The position numbers were made by a program, and so were the translations under genes. 64,000 nt of DNA from Gemmatimonadota bacterium (lineage in GTDB: Bacteria > Gemmatimonadota > Gemmatimonadetes > Gemmatimonadales > GWC2-71-9), in the NCBI GenBank assembly GCA_036679645.1, contig JAZDCY010000063.1, positions 1-64,000 on the forward strand. The letters run 5' to 3'. This document shows, piece after piece, positions 33,701 through 42,859 of this stretch. Positions within the stretch are counted from its first letter, which is position 1; every line of letters begins with the position of its first letter. The notes under the pieces are model-generated. The model saw nothing but the letters and a program-made list of their open reading frames with translations. It was not told the origin of the DNA and ran no database searches.

Positions 33701-34127
33701 CGTAGTGGTCGATGCCGCCGGGGTGACACCCGGACTGAGCGCGGCACTCATTCGCCGGGCCGTGCAAACGGTGCTCCAGCAGGAATACGAAGCGCCGGCG
33801 AGGGTGCACGTGAACTTCCTCTCTAGCCAACGCATGCGCGCGCTGAATCGTCGGACCTTCTCTAGGGATCGGGCTACCGATGTGATCTCGTTTCGCCTGC
33901 AGCACGATGGGACGCTCGTGGGAGATGTGTACGTCTGTCCCCCGGTCGCCCGCCGGTCGGCGGTCACGCACGGCGTTACGTTTCGAGAGGAACTCGTTCG
34001 GCTGATTGTGCATGGGACGTTGCACGTGCTGGGTCATGACCATCCCGAGATACACGATCGCACAACCTCCTCGATGTGGCGTAGGCAGGAGCAATACGTG
34101 TGCGATATCCTGGGAGGGCGCCCCTGA
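33687..34127 (+). CDS. ybeY: rRNA maturation RNase YbeY
   Basis: LNR, TDVISF, GDVYV, HGTLHVLGHDH; start uncertain. Confidence 0.93.
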   Translation: MPAHDVVVDAAGVTPGLSAALIRRAVQTVLQQEYEAPARVHVNFLSSQRMRALNRRTFSRDRATDVISFRLQHDGTLVGDVYVCPPVARRSAVTHGVTFREELVRLIVHGTLHVLGHDHPEIHDRTTSSMWRRQEQYVCDILGGRP

Positions 34128-35317
34128 GCCCGACCCTAGTCACCGTGATCGCGACGACGTGGGCCGCGCTGCTCGCCATGGCGGAGTCGATTGCCGTCCC
34201 GACGCGCGTTCTGGGCGAACCGCCCTCCAAACCCCACAGCCCGGTTCCCCTTGGACGAGCGCTCCTCATCGCTCGCCTGGCGCTTCTCGCCATCGCCGGT
34301 GTGACAGCGGGATCATCCCTCGATTGGTGGAAGCTGAGCTTGTGGGACGGCGCCGGCGCGGTGGGTATGGCCATCGCCCTCGGTTACCTGGCCGGCGAGG
34401 CTCTGCCCAAGACGTTAGGCCGACTGGCCCCCAATCTTGCCGCCGCGCTCGTGCCCGTCGCGCGTACGTCCCTCGTATTATTTCGCCCGCTCATCGGCAT
34501 CGTGACGGGACTCGACCGGGGCTTTCACCGTGCCCTCGCGCCGCGTGTGGAGCCTGCAGGCGAGCTGGGAGAACCCCAGCAGGAGATGCTGGCAGGCGTA
34601 CACTCGCTGCGAGAAACGACAGTCGCCGACATCATGACGCCCCGCCTCGATATTGCCGCCGTGGAAGGGCAGGCAACCTGGCACGAGGTCGTGGACCAGG
34701 TCAGCCGCAGCGATCACTCACGCATCCCCGTATACAACGAGAGTCTCGACGACCTCGTCGGACTGCTGCACGTCAAGGATCTCGCGCCGCGCGTCGTTGG
34801 ACCGGCCGATCCACCGTCATCATGGCAACACATGCTTCGGCCCATTCGGTACGTCCCCGAGGCCAAGTCGCTTTCTGACCAACTGCGTGACTTTCAGCGC
34901 GGGACCGCGCATCTGGCGATCGTGGTGGACGAATACGGGGGTACGTCGGGACTCGTCACGCTGGAGGACATCCTCGAAGAGATCGTGGGTGAGATTCATG
35001 ACGAGCACGATGTGCACGAGGCCCCCCCCATCGAGCAGGAAGGAGACGAGCGCTTCTGGGTCGATGGACGGTTGCCGCTCGACGACTTGTCCGACCTGCT
35101 CGGTTCGCAGATCGAACACGACGACGTCTCCACCGTCAGCGGACTGGTATACACCGAACTGGGCCGCGTACCGCGGCCCGGCGAGGAACTGCGCATCAAC
35201 GGTTTTCGGGTCGTCGTTGAGCAGGTGTTCCGGCGCCGGATACAGCGCGTCTACTTCGAGCGGCTCGAGGGCGGCGAGGAGTCGGCGCCCGCCGACAAGA
35301 TCGGCGGCGAGTCATGA
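34124..35317 (+). CDS. CBS/CorC-HlyC hemolysin-family protein 1
   Basis: TM N-terminus, IMTPR, HSRIPVY, VVDEYGGTSGLVTLEDILEEIVGEI, CorC domain; likely CTG start after GGAGG. Confidence 0.9.
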   Translation: MSPTLVTVIATTWAALLAMAESIAVPTRVLGEPPSKPHSPVPLGRALLIARLALLAIAGVTAGSSLDWWKLSLWDGAGAVGMAIALGYLAGEALPKTLGRLAPNLAAALVPVARTSLVLFRPLIGIVTGLDRGFHRALAPRVEPAGELGEPQQEMLAGVHSLRETTVADIMTPRLDIAAVEGQATWHEVVDQVSRSDHSRIPVYNESLDDLVGLLHVKDLAPRVVGPADPPSSWQHMLRPIRYVPEAKSLSDQLRDFQRGTAHLAIVVDEYGGTSGLVTLEDILEEIVGEIHDEHDVHEAPPIEQEGDERFWVDGRLPLDDLSDLLGSQIEHDDVSTVSGLVYTELGRVPRPGEELRINGFRVVVEQVFRRRIQRVYFERLEGGEESAPADKIGGES

Positions 35318-36462
35318 ACGGCGCCGTGTTGGCTGCAGGTGGAATGCTGCTCGCCGCGCTCGGCTCGATGTTGGCAGCGGGCGCCGCCTCAGTTAGTCGG
35401 TTGGAGCTGTCACGGTGGGTGGCGGAACGTCACGGGGCGGGGTCCCTCGCTACGGCGCTGCTCTCCACGCCCGAGCGGATACTCGGACCCACGACCGGGC
35501 TAATCGTGCTCGGTACCGTGGCAACGGCCATCGGCGCGTCACCCATACTCACGCAAGCGCCACTAGCGGGTGCCGCAGGGATGCTGTTGGCGGGCCTGCC
35601 CCTTTTCTTCGCTTTCGCGCACACGTTACCGCGTGCCCTCGGGCGCCGCTGGGCGGAACCGCTCATGCGATCGGTCGGGCCCTGGCTGGTGCGCAGCGGC
35701 TCGGTATGGTCGCTGTTCGCTCCACGCGGGACCGGTGGTCCCACGGACAACGTTGCGGACAACGAGGACGGCGCCGAGTCGGGGCCGACGGGATTCGTGG
35801 CGGGGCTGATCGCCTTCACCGAGCGGCCCGTGCGCGAGGTGATGACGGCGCGTACCGAAATCGTCGCGGCAGCCGAAGGCGCCCCGCTCGAGGAAGTGGC
35901 CGCTTTGGTAGAGGAATCGGGCTACACCCGGCTCCCGGTCTACCGGGAATCGCTCGACGACATAGTCGGGATGGTCCACGCGTTTGATCTGCTAAAGGCC
36001 GGCGAGACGGGATCGCTTCCCGTGCGGCCCGTTACCGTGACCCCCGGCACTCGACGGTGCGCAGATCTGCTTGTGGACCTTCAGCGGGACCGGCACCAGT
36101 TCGCGGTGGTGCTCGACGAGTTCGGGGGCACCGCGGGCATCGTAACCTTGGAGGATCTGCTCGAGGAACTGGTCGGCGAGATCTTCGATGAGTACGATCG
36201 ACGTCCAGCCGTCCACGAACCGGGCATAGAGCTGCTCGAGATCGACGGTACCACGGCGTGCGATGAACTCGTGAGCCGGTTCGGGGTGGAGTTCCCCAAT
36301 CGGGCCGAGACCGTCGGAGGACTCCTCGCGGTAGTGCTGGGGCGTATACCCCGACTCGGGGAACGAATCGTTATCGCGGGTCTGGAGTTCGACGTGCTCG
36401 CCGCAACGTCGGTGCGTGTCGAGCGGGTGGTCGTGCGGCGCGCCATGGCGGCATCATCCTAA
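35314..36462 (+). CDS. CBS/CorC-HlyC hemolysin-family protein 2
   Basis: [46 protein letters not shown]. Confidence 0.9.
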   Translation: MNGAVLAAGGMLLAALGSMLAAGAASVSRLELSRWVAERHGAGSLATALLSTPERILGPTTGLIVLGTVATAIGASPILTQAPLAGAAGMLLAGLPLFFAFAHTLPRALGRRWAEPLMRSVGPWLVRSGSVWSLFAPRGTGGPTDNVADNEDGAESGPTGFVAGLIAFTERPVREVMTARTEIVAAAEGAPLEEVAALVEESGYTRLPVYRESLDDIVGMVHAFDLLKAGETGSLPVRPVTVTPGTRRCADLLVDLQRDRHQFAVVLDEFGGTAGIVTLEDLLEELVGEIFDEYDRRPAVHEPGIELLEIDGTTACDELVSRFGVEFPNRAETVGGLLAVVLGRIPRLGERIVIAGLEFDVLAATSVRVERVVVRRAMAASS

Positions 36463-36779
36463 GGCGTCTGCGCCGGTACTTCTTCGTCGGCCTCATCGTG
36501 ATCGCGCCGGCGGGGGTCACCGCTGTCGTGGAGGCGCCCGTCATGTCGCGGATCCTGGGTGTGTCGTGCGTAAACGTGTTTGTGCCGACGACACCCAATC
36601 CCACTTCGGGATTCATGCTAGTCGTGCCACGCGACCGCCTGGTCGACGCGCAGATCGGTATCGAAGAGGCCATGAAGTTCGTCATCTCCGCCGGCTCGCT
36701 CTCGCCCGCACGGCCGTCGGCGCCGGTTCTGCGGCAGGGGATCGATATCGAGACGCTGCTCGAAGAGCGTGGCGATTGA
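36459..36779 (+). pseudogene. DUF502-family membrane protein, internally deleted, canonical start missing
   Basis: [21 protein letters not shown] joined directly to VFVPTTPNPTSG...EEAMKFVISAG; about 106 codons; CTA at the coupled start position. Confidence 0.7.
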
Positions 36780-37887
36780 AGCGCTTGCGGGAAGCTCCGC
36801 CCTGTCGCGAAGTTCCGCTATGTCGGTGAGCGAGTTGGTAGAGGGAATCGAAGCGCGCCGGGTAGCGACACTCGCCCGGGCCATTTCGATGGTAGAGAAT
36901 GCGCGGGAGGGGTACGAGGAGCTGCTCAGCACCCTCCACGCTCACGCAGGCACCGCACACCGGATTGGCCTGACGGGACCTCCCGGTGCCGGGAAATCGA
37001 CGCTGACGGAACGGATGATTCACGCCTACCGCGCCGAGGGTCTGAGGGTCGCGGTCATCGCGGTCGACCCGACCAGCGCCTTCACGGGTGGCGCACTTCT
37101 CGGCGATCGCATCCGGATGGAGTCGGTCACGCTCGACCCGGACGTCTATATCCGATCGATGGCGACGCGCGGCGAAATAGGCGGTACCGCGACCACCACG
37201 CGCGAGATCTGCGACATTCTCGATGCCTTTGGCTTCGACCGCATCATCATCGAGACGGTCGGCGTCGGACAGTCCGAACTTTCGATTGCCGCGACGGCAG
37301 ATACCGTAGTCTTGGTCCTGGTCCCGGAGTCGGGTGACGGAGTACAGGTGCTGAAGGCCGGCGTGATGGAGATTGCCGATATCTACACTATCAATAAGGC
37401 AGACCGCCCCGGAGCCGACCGGCTGTGCCAGGAGATCGAGGTGATGCTGGGGATCCGGCGGGGAAACGCGTATCGCAATATCGCCCCGCACCATGCCCCG
37501 CGCGCCGATCCCATTCGGGCGGGAGGACGGGATGGCGGGATGGCGGAAAGTGAAGGCAGGAAGGAGGCTGCTGGGTGGGAGCCTCCCGTTCTGGCCACGT
37601 CGGCGTTGAAGAACGAAGGAGTCGATGAACTTGTTCATGCTATTGAGGACCACGCGACGCACCTCCGCTCGAGTGGCGAGCTGGAGAGACGGCGCAGGGC
37701 ACGACTGGCCCGCCACACCCGAGAGGTGGTGGATCGGACCTTGCGTCACCTGGTGTGGCACGACCGCGACGGCGAGGCAACCCTCCAGAAGGGTTTGGAG
37801 GCGGTCGCTGGTGGCGATTTGAGTCCCTACGAGCTCGCGCAGGATATCCTCGCCGGGATTCGGCGGGAGGACACCAATGGCAGATAA
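36769..37887 (+). CDS. meaB: Acyl-CoA mutase-associated GTPase MeaB
   Basis: GLTGPPGAGKST, AVDPTS.FTGGALLGDRIRM, ETVGVGQSE, GDGVQ, NKAD. Confidence 0.95.
   Translation: MAIEALAGSSALSRSSAMSVSELVEGIEARRVATLARAISMVENAREGYEELLSTLHAHAGTAHRIGLTGPPGAGKSTLTERMIHAYRAEGLRVAVIAVDPTSAFTGGALLGDRIRMESVTLDPDVYIRSMATRGEIGGTATTTREICDILDAFGFDRIIIETVGVGQSELSIAATADTVVLVLVPESGDGVQVLKAGVMEIADIYTINKADRPGADRLCQEIEVMLGIRRGNAYRNIAPHHAPRADPIRAGGRDGGMAESEGRKEAAGWEPPVLATSALKNEGVDELVHAIEDHATHLRSSGELERRRRARLARHTREVVDRTLRHLVWHDRDGEATLQKGLEAVAGGDLSPYELAQDILAGIRREDTNGR
37518..37562 (+). repeat. Octamer GGCGGGAn array inside meaB
   Basis: GGCGGGAG GACGGGAT GGCGGGAT GGCGGAAA ... GGCAGGAA, encoding RAGGRDGGMAE in a variable loop. 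Confidence 0.65.
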
Positions 37888-39520
37888 CGCACCCCACAGC
37901 ACCTGGCGTGATCGCTACGACCGGGATACGAAGCGCGACGTCGAGTTCGTGACTCAGAGTTCGGTACCGGTCGATCCGCTTTACGGACCCGAGTCCCTGT
38001 CTGATTGGTCCTACGCCAACAAGCTCGGCGATCCCGGGTCTTTTCCGTTCACGCGCGGCGTGCACTCCACCATGTACCGGGGCCGCCTGTGGACCATGCG
38101 CCAATTCGCCGGCTTCGGAACAGCCCGCGACACGAATGCGCGGTTCAAGTTTCTGCTCGAGAAGGGGCAGACCGGGCTGTCCGTCGCGTTCGATTTCCCG
38201 ACCCTGATGGGCTACGACTCCGACCACTCCCGTTCAGAGGGAGAGGTCGGCATGTGCGGCGTCGCCGTATCCTCGCTGGCCGACATGGAGACGATGTTCG
38301 ACGGCATTCCGCTAGATCGAGTTTCCACGTCGATGACGATCAACGGACCCGCCGCGATGCTCTTCTGCTTCTACGTCGCGGCCGCCGAGCGACAGGGCGT
38401 GGACATTCGCACGATTCGAGGGACCGTCCAGAACGACATTCTCAAAGAGTACATGGCGCAACACGCGTGGGTGTACCCCGTCGAGCCGGCTCTCAAGATC
38501 ATCGTTGACATGTTCGAGTGGGCGGTTGAGCACACCCCTCAATGGAACACAATATCGGTCAGTGGCTACCACATCCGGGAGGCCGGTGCTACTGCGGCCC
38601 AGGAACTCGCGTTCACTCTGGCCAACGGATTGGAATACGTTCGGCGTGGGGTGGCGCGCGGTCTCGATGTCGACGCATTCGCACCACGACTCTCGTTTTT
38701 CTGGGACGTGCACAACGATTTCTTCGAAGAGATCGCCAAGATGCGCGCGGCACGACGCATCTGGGCACACCACCTGCGGGACGAGTTCGGTGCCAAGGAC
38801 CCGCGATCGTGGATCATGAGATTCCACAGCCAGACCGCCGGTGTGTCCCTGACCGCGCAACAGCCCATGAACAACGTCGTCCGGGTGGCTTACCAGGCGC
38901 TTGCCGCTGTGCTTGGCGGCACGCAGTCACTCCATACCAACTCGCTCGACGAGACGTACGCACTCCCTACCGAGGAATCCGCGCAACTCGCGTTGCGCAC
39001 CCAACAGATCCTGGCACATGAGACTGGCGTTCCCAACGTCATCGATCCACTGGGTGGATCCTATTTCGTGGAGGCACTGACCGATCGCATGGAACGGGAG
39101 GCAGAAGCGATCTTTGCTGAGATTGCATCGATCGGCGGCGTGGTTCCCGGCATCGAGGCGGGTTGGTTCCAACGTCAAATCGCGGGGAGTGCACTGCGGC
39201 ATCAGCACGAAGTCGAGCAGCACCGCCGTATCGTCGTCGGGGTGAACGAGTTCGTCGATGAAGGGGAGACAGGCGTCGAGACTCTCCGTGTCTCCGGCAC
39301 CGCAGATACGGCGCAGCGGAAAGCTCTCGCCGCACTGCGGACGACCCGCGACGATGCGCGGGTCGAGCAGTGCCTGGGCGAGTTGCGCGCCGCAGCGGAA
39401 CGAGAGGACAACGTAATACCCGCCATGCTCGATTGCGCCCGCACCTACTGCACGCTTTATGAAATCCGTCATGCCCTGGAGGAGGTCTACGGTGCCTACC
39501 GCGAACCGGTCTTCTTCTGA
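37877..39520 (+). CDS. B12-dependent acyl-CoA mutase large subunit (isobutyryl-CoA mutase-like signature)
   Basis: PFTRG..MYRGRLWTMRQFAGFG, GTVQNDILKEYMAQ, SGYHIREAG, GGTQSLHTN; no B12 domain. Confidence 0.9.
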   Translation: MADNAPHSTWRDRYDRDTKRDVEFVTQSSVPVDPLYGPESLSDWSYANKLGDPGSFPFTRGVHSTMYRGRLWTMRQFAGFGTARDTNARFKFLLEKGQTGLSVAFDFPTLMGYDSDHSRSEGEVGMCGVAVSSLADMETMFDGIPLDRVSTSMTINGPAAMLFCFYVAAAERQGVDIRTIRGTVQNDILKEYMAQHAWVYPVEPALKIIVDMFEWAVEHTPQWNTISVSGYHIREAGATAAQELAFTLANGLEYVRRGVARGLDVDAFAPRLSFFWDVHNDFFEEIAKMRAARRIWAHHLRDEFGAKDPRSWIMRFHSQTAGVSLTAQQPMNNVVRVAYQALAAVLGGTQSLHTNSLDETYALPTEESAQLALRTQQILAHETGVPNVIDPLGGSYFVEALTDRMEREAEAIFAEIASIGGVVPGIEAGWFQRQIAGSALRHQHEVEQHRRIVVGVNEFVDEGETGVETLRVSGTADTAQRKALAALRTTRDDARVEQCLGELRAAAEREDNVIPAMLDCARTYCTLYEIRHALEEVYGAYREPVFF

Positions 39521-40775
39521 GCGGTCTCGGAAGCGCAGAGTTAGTCCCCGCACCCGCACCCAGTCCACCGGCCGCGCGGCGTCGCTCGCGCCCGTCGTGG
39601 CGGAGTTGTCGGGAATCGGGGAAACCGATCATTGGGTCGTCAGCTGCTATCTGAAACTCGAACCTCGCGACCGTTCGCGAGGCAAGTACCTCATCAAGCT
39701 CAAGAATCGCATCAAGCGTCAGCTGGCGGCGTTCGAAGACAGGCAACCAGACCGCGCGGCGCGTCAGCGCGTCGAGCGCGATCTGAACCGCATCCGGGAC
39801 TATCTCGAGCATCCCAGCAATCTCCCGCCGGGCCGTGGCATTGCCCTGTTCGCCTCGGAAGCGCTCGATCTGTTCATGGCCGTGCCACTCGCGCAGGTCT
39901 TTCGGTCGCGCCTGGCCATTGCGCGCACTCCACTGGTTCGTGAACTGGCGGCGCTCAACGACGAGTTCGGGCGCGTGGTATGCGCAGTATTCGACCGGAC
40001 ATCCGCTCGTTTCTTCGACATCACAGTGCGCGAGGCGGTCGAGTTCCCGGCGATCGAGGTGGAAGAGAGCGTACGCGCCGGACGGTTTCACGCCTCTAGC
40101 GAATCGCGCACGCACGCGCGCAGCGAGACACGGGGCCGGGGTGTGGGTGCCTCAGCCTTGGGAGAACACAACTTCAACCAGCGGATCCGCGAAGAGAAAC
40201 ACCGGCACTATGCGCACGTTGCCCAGCGACTGTTCGCGCTTTCACGTGACGGCGATGTCGTGGGTATCGTGCTCGCCGGCACGGGCGTGGCCGTCGCGGC
40301 GGTGGAACCCCATCTGCACCCCTACACGCGGGACGCCGTTCTGGGAAGCGCCAAACTCAATCCCAAACTTGCCGCTCCAAGCGACGTGATGGAGACGGTT
40401 CTCGCCGTACGCTCGATGCGCGAGCGCGAGTGGGAGGCGCGTCACGTGGCTGAACTCGACGAGGGCCTCGGGAACCGGTGGGCGCTCAACGGTATCAGCC
40501 CGACGCTGGACGCGCTGAGTCGCGGGCAAGTGCGCACGCTGCTGGTGAATCCTACGGCCGAACTCATGGGCTATCGCTGTCAGGGCACCGGGCGACTGAC
40601 TCTCGACGCCAACCGGTGTGCGGGCCAGGGGCCCGCCGAGCCGGTGGCCGACGTGATTGACGAAGCGATCGAAGAAGCCCTGCGACAGGGCAGCCATGTG
40701 GATGTGGTCGAAGACACCACCTTGCGTGGACACGTTGACGGCCTTGCGGCGCTGCTGCGCTTCAGGGTGGCATAG
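39459..40775 (+). CDS. Bacterial archaeo-eukaryotic release factor (baeRF/aeRF1-like) protein
   Basis: VVSCYL, GIALF, DRTSARFF, IVLAG, C-terminal eRF1_3-like (GQVRTLLV..DEAIEEALRQGSHV..GLAALLRF); true start probably downstream of 39520. Confidence 0.75.
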   Translation: MKSVMPWRRSTVPTANRSSSERSRKRRVSPRTRTQSTGRAASLAPVVAELSGIGETDHWVVSCYLKLEPRDRSRGKYLIKLKNRIKRQLAAFEDRQPDRAARQRVERDLNRIRDYLEHPSNLPPGRGIALFASEALDLFMAVPLAQVFRSRLAIARTPLVRELAALNDEFGRVVCAVFDRTSARFFDITVREAVEFPAIEVEESVRAGRFHASSESRTHARSETRGRGVGASALGEHNFNQRIREEKHRHYAHVAQRLFALSRDGDVVGIVLAGTGVAVAAVEPHLHPYTRDAVLGSAKLNPKLAAPSDVMETVLAVRSMREREWEARHVAELDEGLGNRWALNGISPTLDALSRGQVRTLLVNPTAELMGYRCQGTGRLTLDANRCAGQGPAEPVADVIDEAIEEALRQGSHVDVVEDTTLRGHVDGLAALLRFRVA

Positions 40776-40817
40776 GGTGTTGTCTTGCTTTTCCTGGCGG
40801 GATAGCTTGCGGCGCAC

Positions 40818-41237
40818 ATGACAAGCAATGCCGCTAGCGAGCCCATTCGCGTGCTCGTGGCCAAGCCCGGCCTCGACGGGCACGACCGTGGCGCAAAGGT
40901 GGTAGCCGCGGCGTTGCGCGATGCCGGTATGGAGGTCATCTACACGGGCCTGCACCAGACGCCGGAGATGATCGCGACTGCCGCCGTGCAAGAGGACGTC
41001 CATGTCGTGGGCCTTTCCATTCTCTCTGGGGCGCACATGACGCTCTTCCCGCGCGTCAAGAAACTGCTCGACGAGGCCGGCAGGAACGACATCCTGCTAA
41101 TGGGCGGCGGGATCATCCCGGAGGATGACATCCGGCGGCTGGAGGCCGAAGGCGTTGCCAGGCTCTTCGGCCCGGGCACACCGACGCCCACGATCATCGA
41201 GTACATCCGGTCCAGCGTCGGATCGCGCTCGACGTGA
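40818..41237 (+). CDS. Cobalamin-binding small subunit of acyl-CoA mutase
   Basis: [10 protein letters not shown] (DxHxxG), [20 protein letters not shown]; own promoter TTGTCT-N17-TAGCTT. Confidence 0.95.
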   Translation: MTSNAASEPIRVLVAKPGLDGHDRGAKVVAAALRDAGMEVIYTGLHQTPEMIATAAVQEDVHVVGLSILSGAHMTLFPRVKKLLDEAGRNDILLMGGGIIPEDDIRRLEAEGVARLFGPGTPTPTIIEYIRSSVGSRST

Positions 41238-42859
41238 CCGCCGGGTCGGAGACCACCCACACCGGTAACCGGCTGCGCGAGCTCGCTGCGGAGTATCGCG
41301 ACCTCGCCGTTCGCCTCGAGCAGGGCGGCGGCGCCGAGAAGATCCGCAAACAGCACGACCAGGGAAAGCTCACGGCGCGTGAGCGGATTGGGCATCTGCT
41401 CGATCCGGACACCGCGTGGCTCGAGATCGGCCTGTTGATGGCCTACGACCGGTACGATGGTCAGGCGCCCGGCGTCGGGGTGGTGACCGGAGTGGGCATC
41501 GTATCGGGTCGTCCGATCGTCGTCGTCGCCAACGACGCCACGGTGAAGGCGGGATCGTGGTGGCCGGAGACGATCAAGAAGATGCTGCGCGCGCAGGAAG
41601 TCGCAATGCGGCAGCGTATTCCCATTATCTATCTCGTCGATTCCGCGGGCGTGAATCTCCCCTATCAGAGCGGCGTCTTCCCAGGACAATACGGCGCCGC
41701 GCGGATCTTCTACTACAACTCGATAATGCGCCGCTACCTCCACGTGCCGCAGATCAGCGCGGTGATGGGTCCGTGTGTCGCGGGCGGCGCATATCTCCCT
41801 GCCCTATCGGACGTCATCTATATGGTCGAGGGCACGTCCTTCATGGGGCTGGGTGGTCCCAATCTGGTAAAAGGGGCAACCGGACAGTCCGTGGACGGCG
41901 AGTTCCTCGGTGGGGCAGAGACGCATACGTCGGTGAGCGGCGTCGCGCACTATAGGGCGGCGGACGATGCAGTGTGCATTCGGATGATCCGTGAATACGT
42001 GGAGCGCCTGCCAGAGGCAGCCCCATCGCTGAGACCACGACGCGGTGACCCGGCGAAACCCGCCGCGAAACCACCTGCCGCCCTGTATGACATTCTACCC
42101 GCCGACCATCGCATGGCGTACGACATGCGCGACGTGCTGGCCTGCGTGCTCGACGGCGGTGCGCTCGACGAGTTTCAGCCGGACCGGGCGCAGGAGATGA
42201 TGTGCGGCCACGGTGCAATCGAGGGATACCCCGTGGCGGTTATCGCGAACCAACGCGGCCTGATCAAGGGACGGGAGGGTGAGCGACCCAAGTTCGGCGG
42301 CATTGTCTACACGGAGAGTGCCGAGAAGGTCGCGTACTTCATTGACACGGCCAGCAGGGAGCGTATCCCGCTCCTCTTCGTGCAGGATGTAAGTGGGTTC
42401 ATGGTGGGACCCGAAGCCGAGCACACCGGAATCATTCGCGCCGGTGCCCGCTTTGTCGAAGCGATGGCGGGCGCGCTCGTGCCGAAACTCGTTCTTACAG
42501 TAAATCACGCCTCGGGCGCCGGCTACTATGCCATGGCGGGTCAAGGGTTCGACCCCGACTTCATCCTATCCTGGCCGACGGGCCGCATGGGAGTCATGGA
42601 GGGAGACTCCGCGGTGCAGGCTGTGTTCGGAGACCGCGTCGCCGACCCCGCTGTAGGCAATGAGGTCGAGCAGATGCGTGCCGACTACGAGCATCAACTC
42701 GATGCCAAGTACGCGGGCGCGCGCGGGTACGTCGACGCGATCCTCCTGCCGGAGGAAACGCGCGACATACTTGCACTTGCGCTCCGCGTCTGCGGCACGT
42801 ACGCCGGACCACACCTAGGCGCATTTGTGCTTCCCCCCATGGACTACACGGGCGCGTGA
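41234..42859 (+). CDS. Acyl-CoA carboxylase carboxyltransferase (MCC/geranyl-CoA carboxylase beta-like)
   Basis: [49 protein letters not shown]. Confidence 0.9.
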   Translation: MTAGSETTHTGNRLRELAAEYRDLAVRLEQGGGAEKIRKQHDQGKLTARERIGHLLDPDTAWLEIGLLMAYDRYDGQAPGVGVVTGVGIVSGRPIVVVANDATVKAGSWWPETIKKMLRAQEVAMRQRIPIIYLVDSAGVNLPYQSGVFPGQYGAARIFYYNSIMRRYLHVPQISAVMGPCVAGGAYLPALSDVIYMVEGTSFMGLGGPNLVKGATGQSVDGEFLGGAETHTSVSGVAHYRAADDAVCIRMIREYVERLPEAAPSLRPRRGDPAKPAAKPPAALYDILPADHRMAYDMRDVLACVLDGGALDEFQPDRAQEMMCGHGAIEGYPVAVIANQRGLIKGREGERPKFGGIVYTESAEKVAYFIDTASRERIPLLFVQDVSGFMVGPEAEHTGIIRAGARFVEAMAGALVPKLVLTVNHASGAGYYAMAGQGFDPDFILSWPTGRMGVMEGDSAVQAVFGDRVADPAVGNEVEQMRADYEHQLDAKYAGARGYVDAILLPEETRDILALALRVCGTYAGPHLGAFVLPPMDYTGA

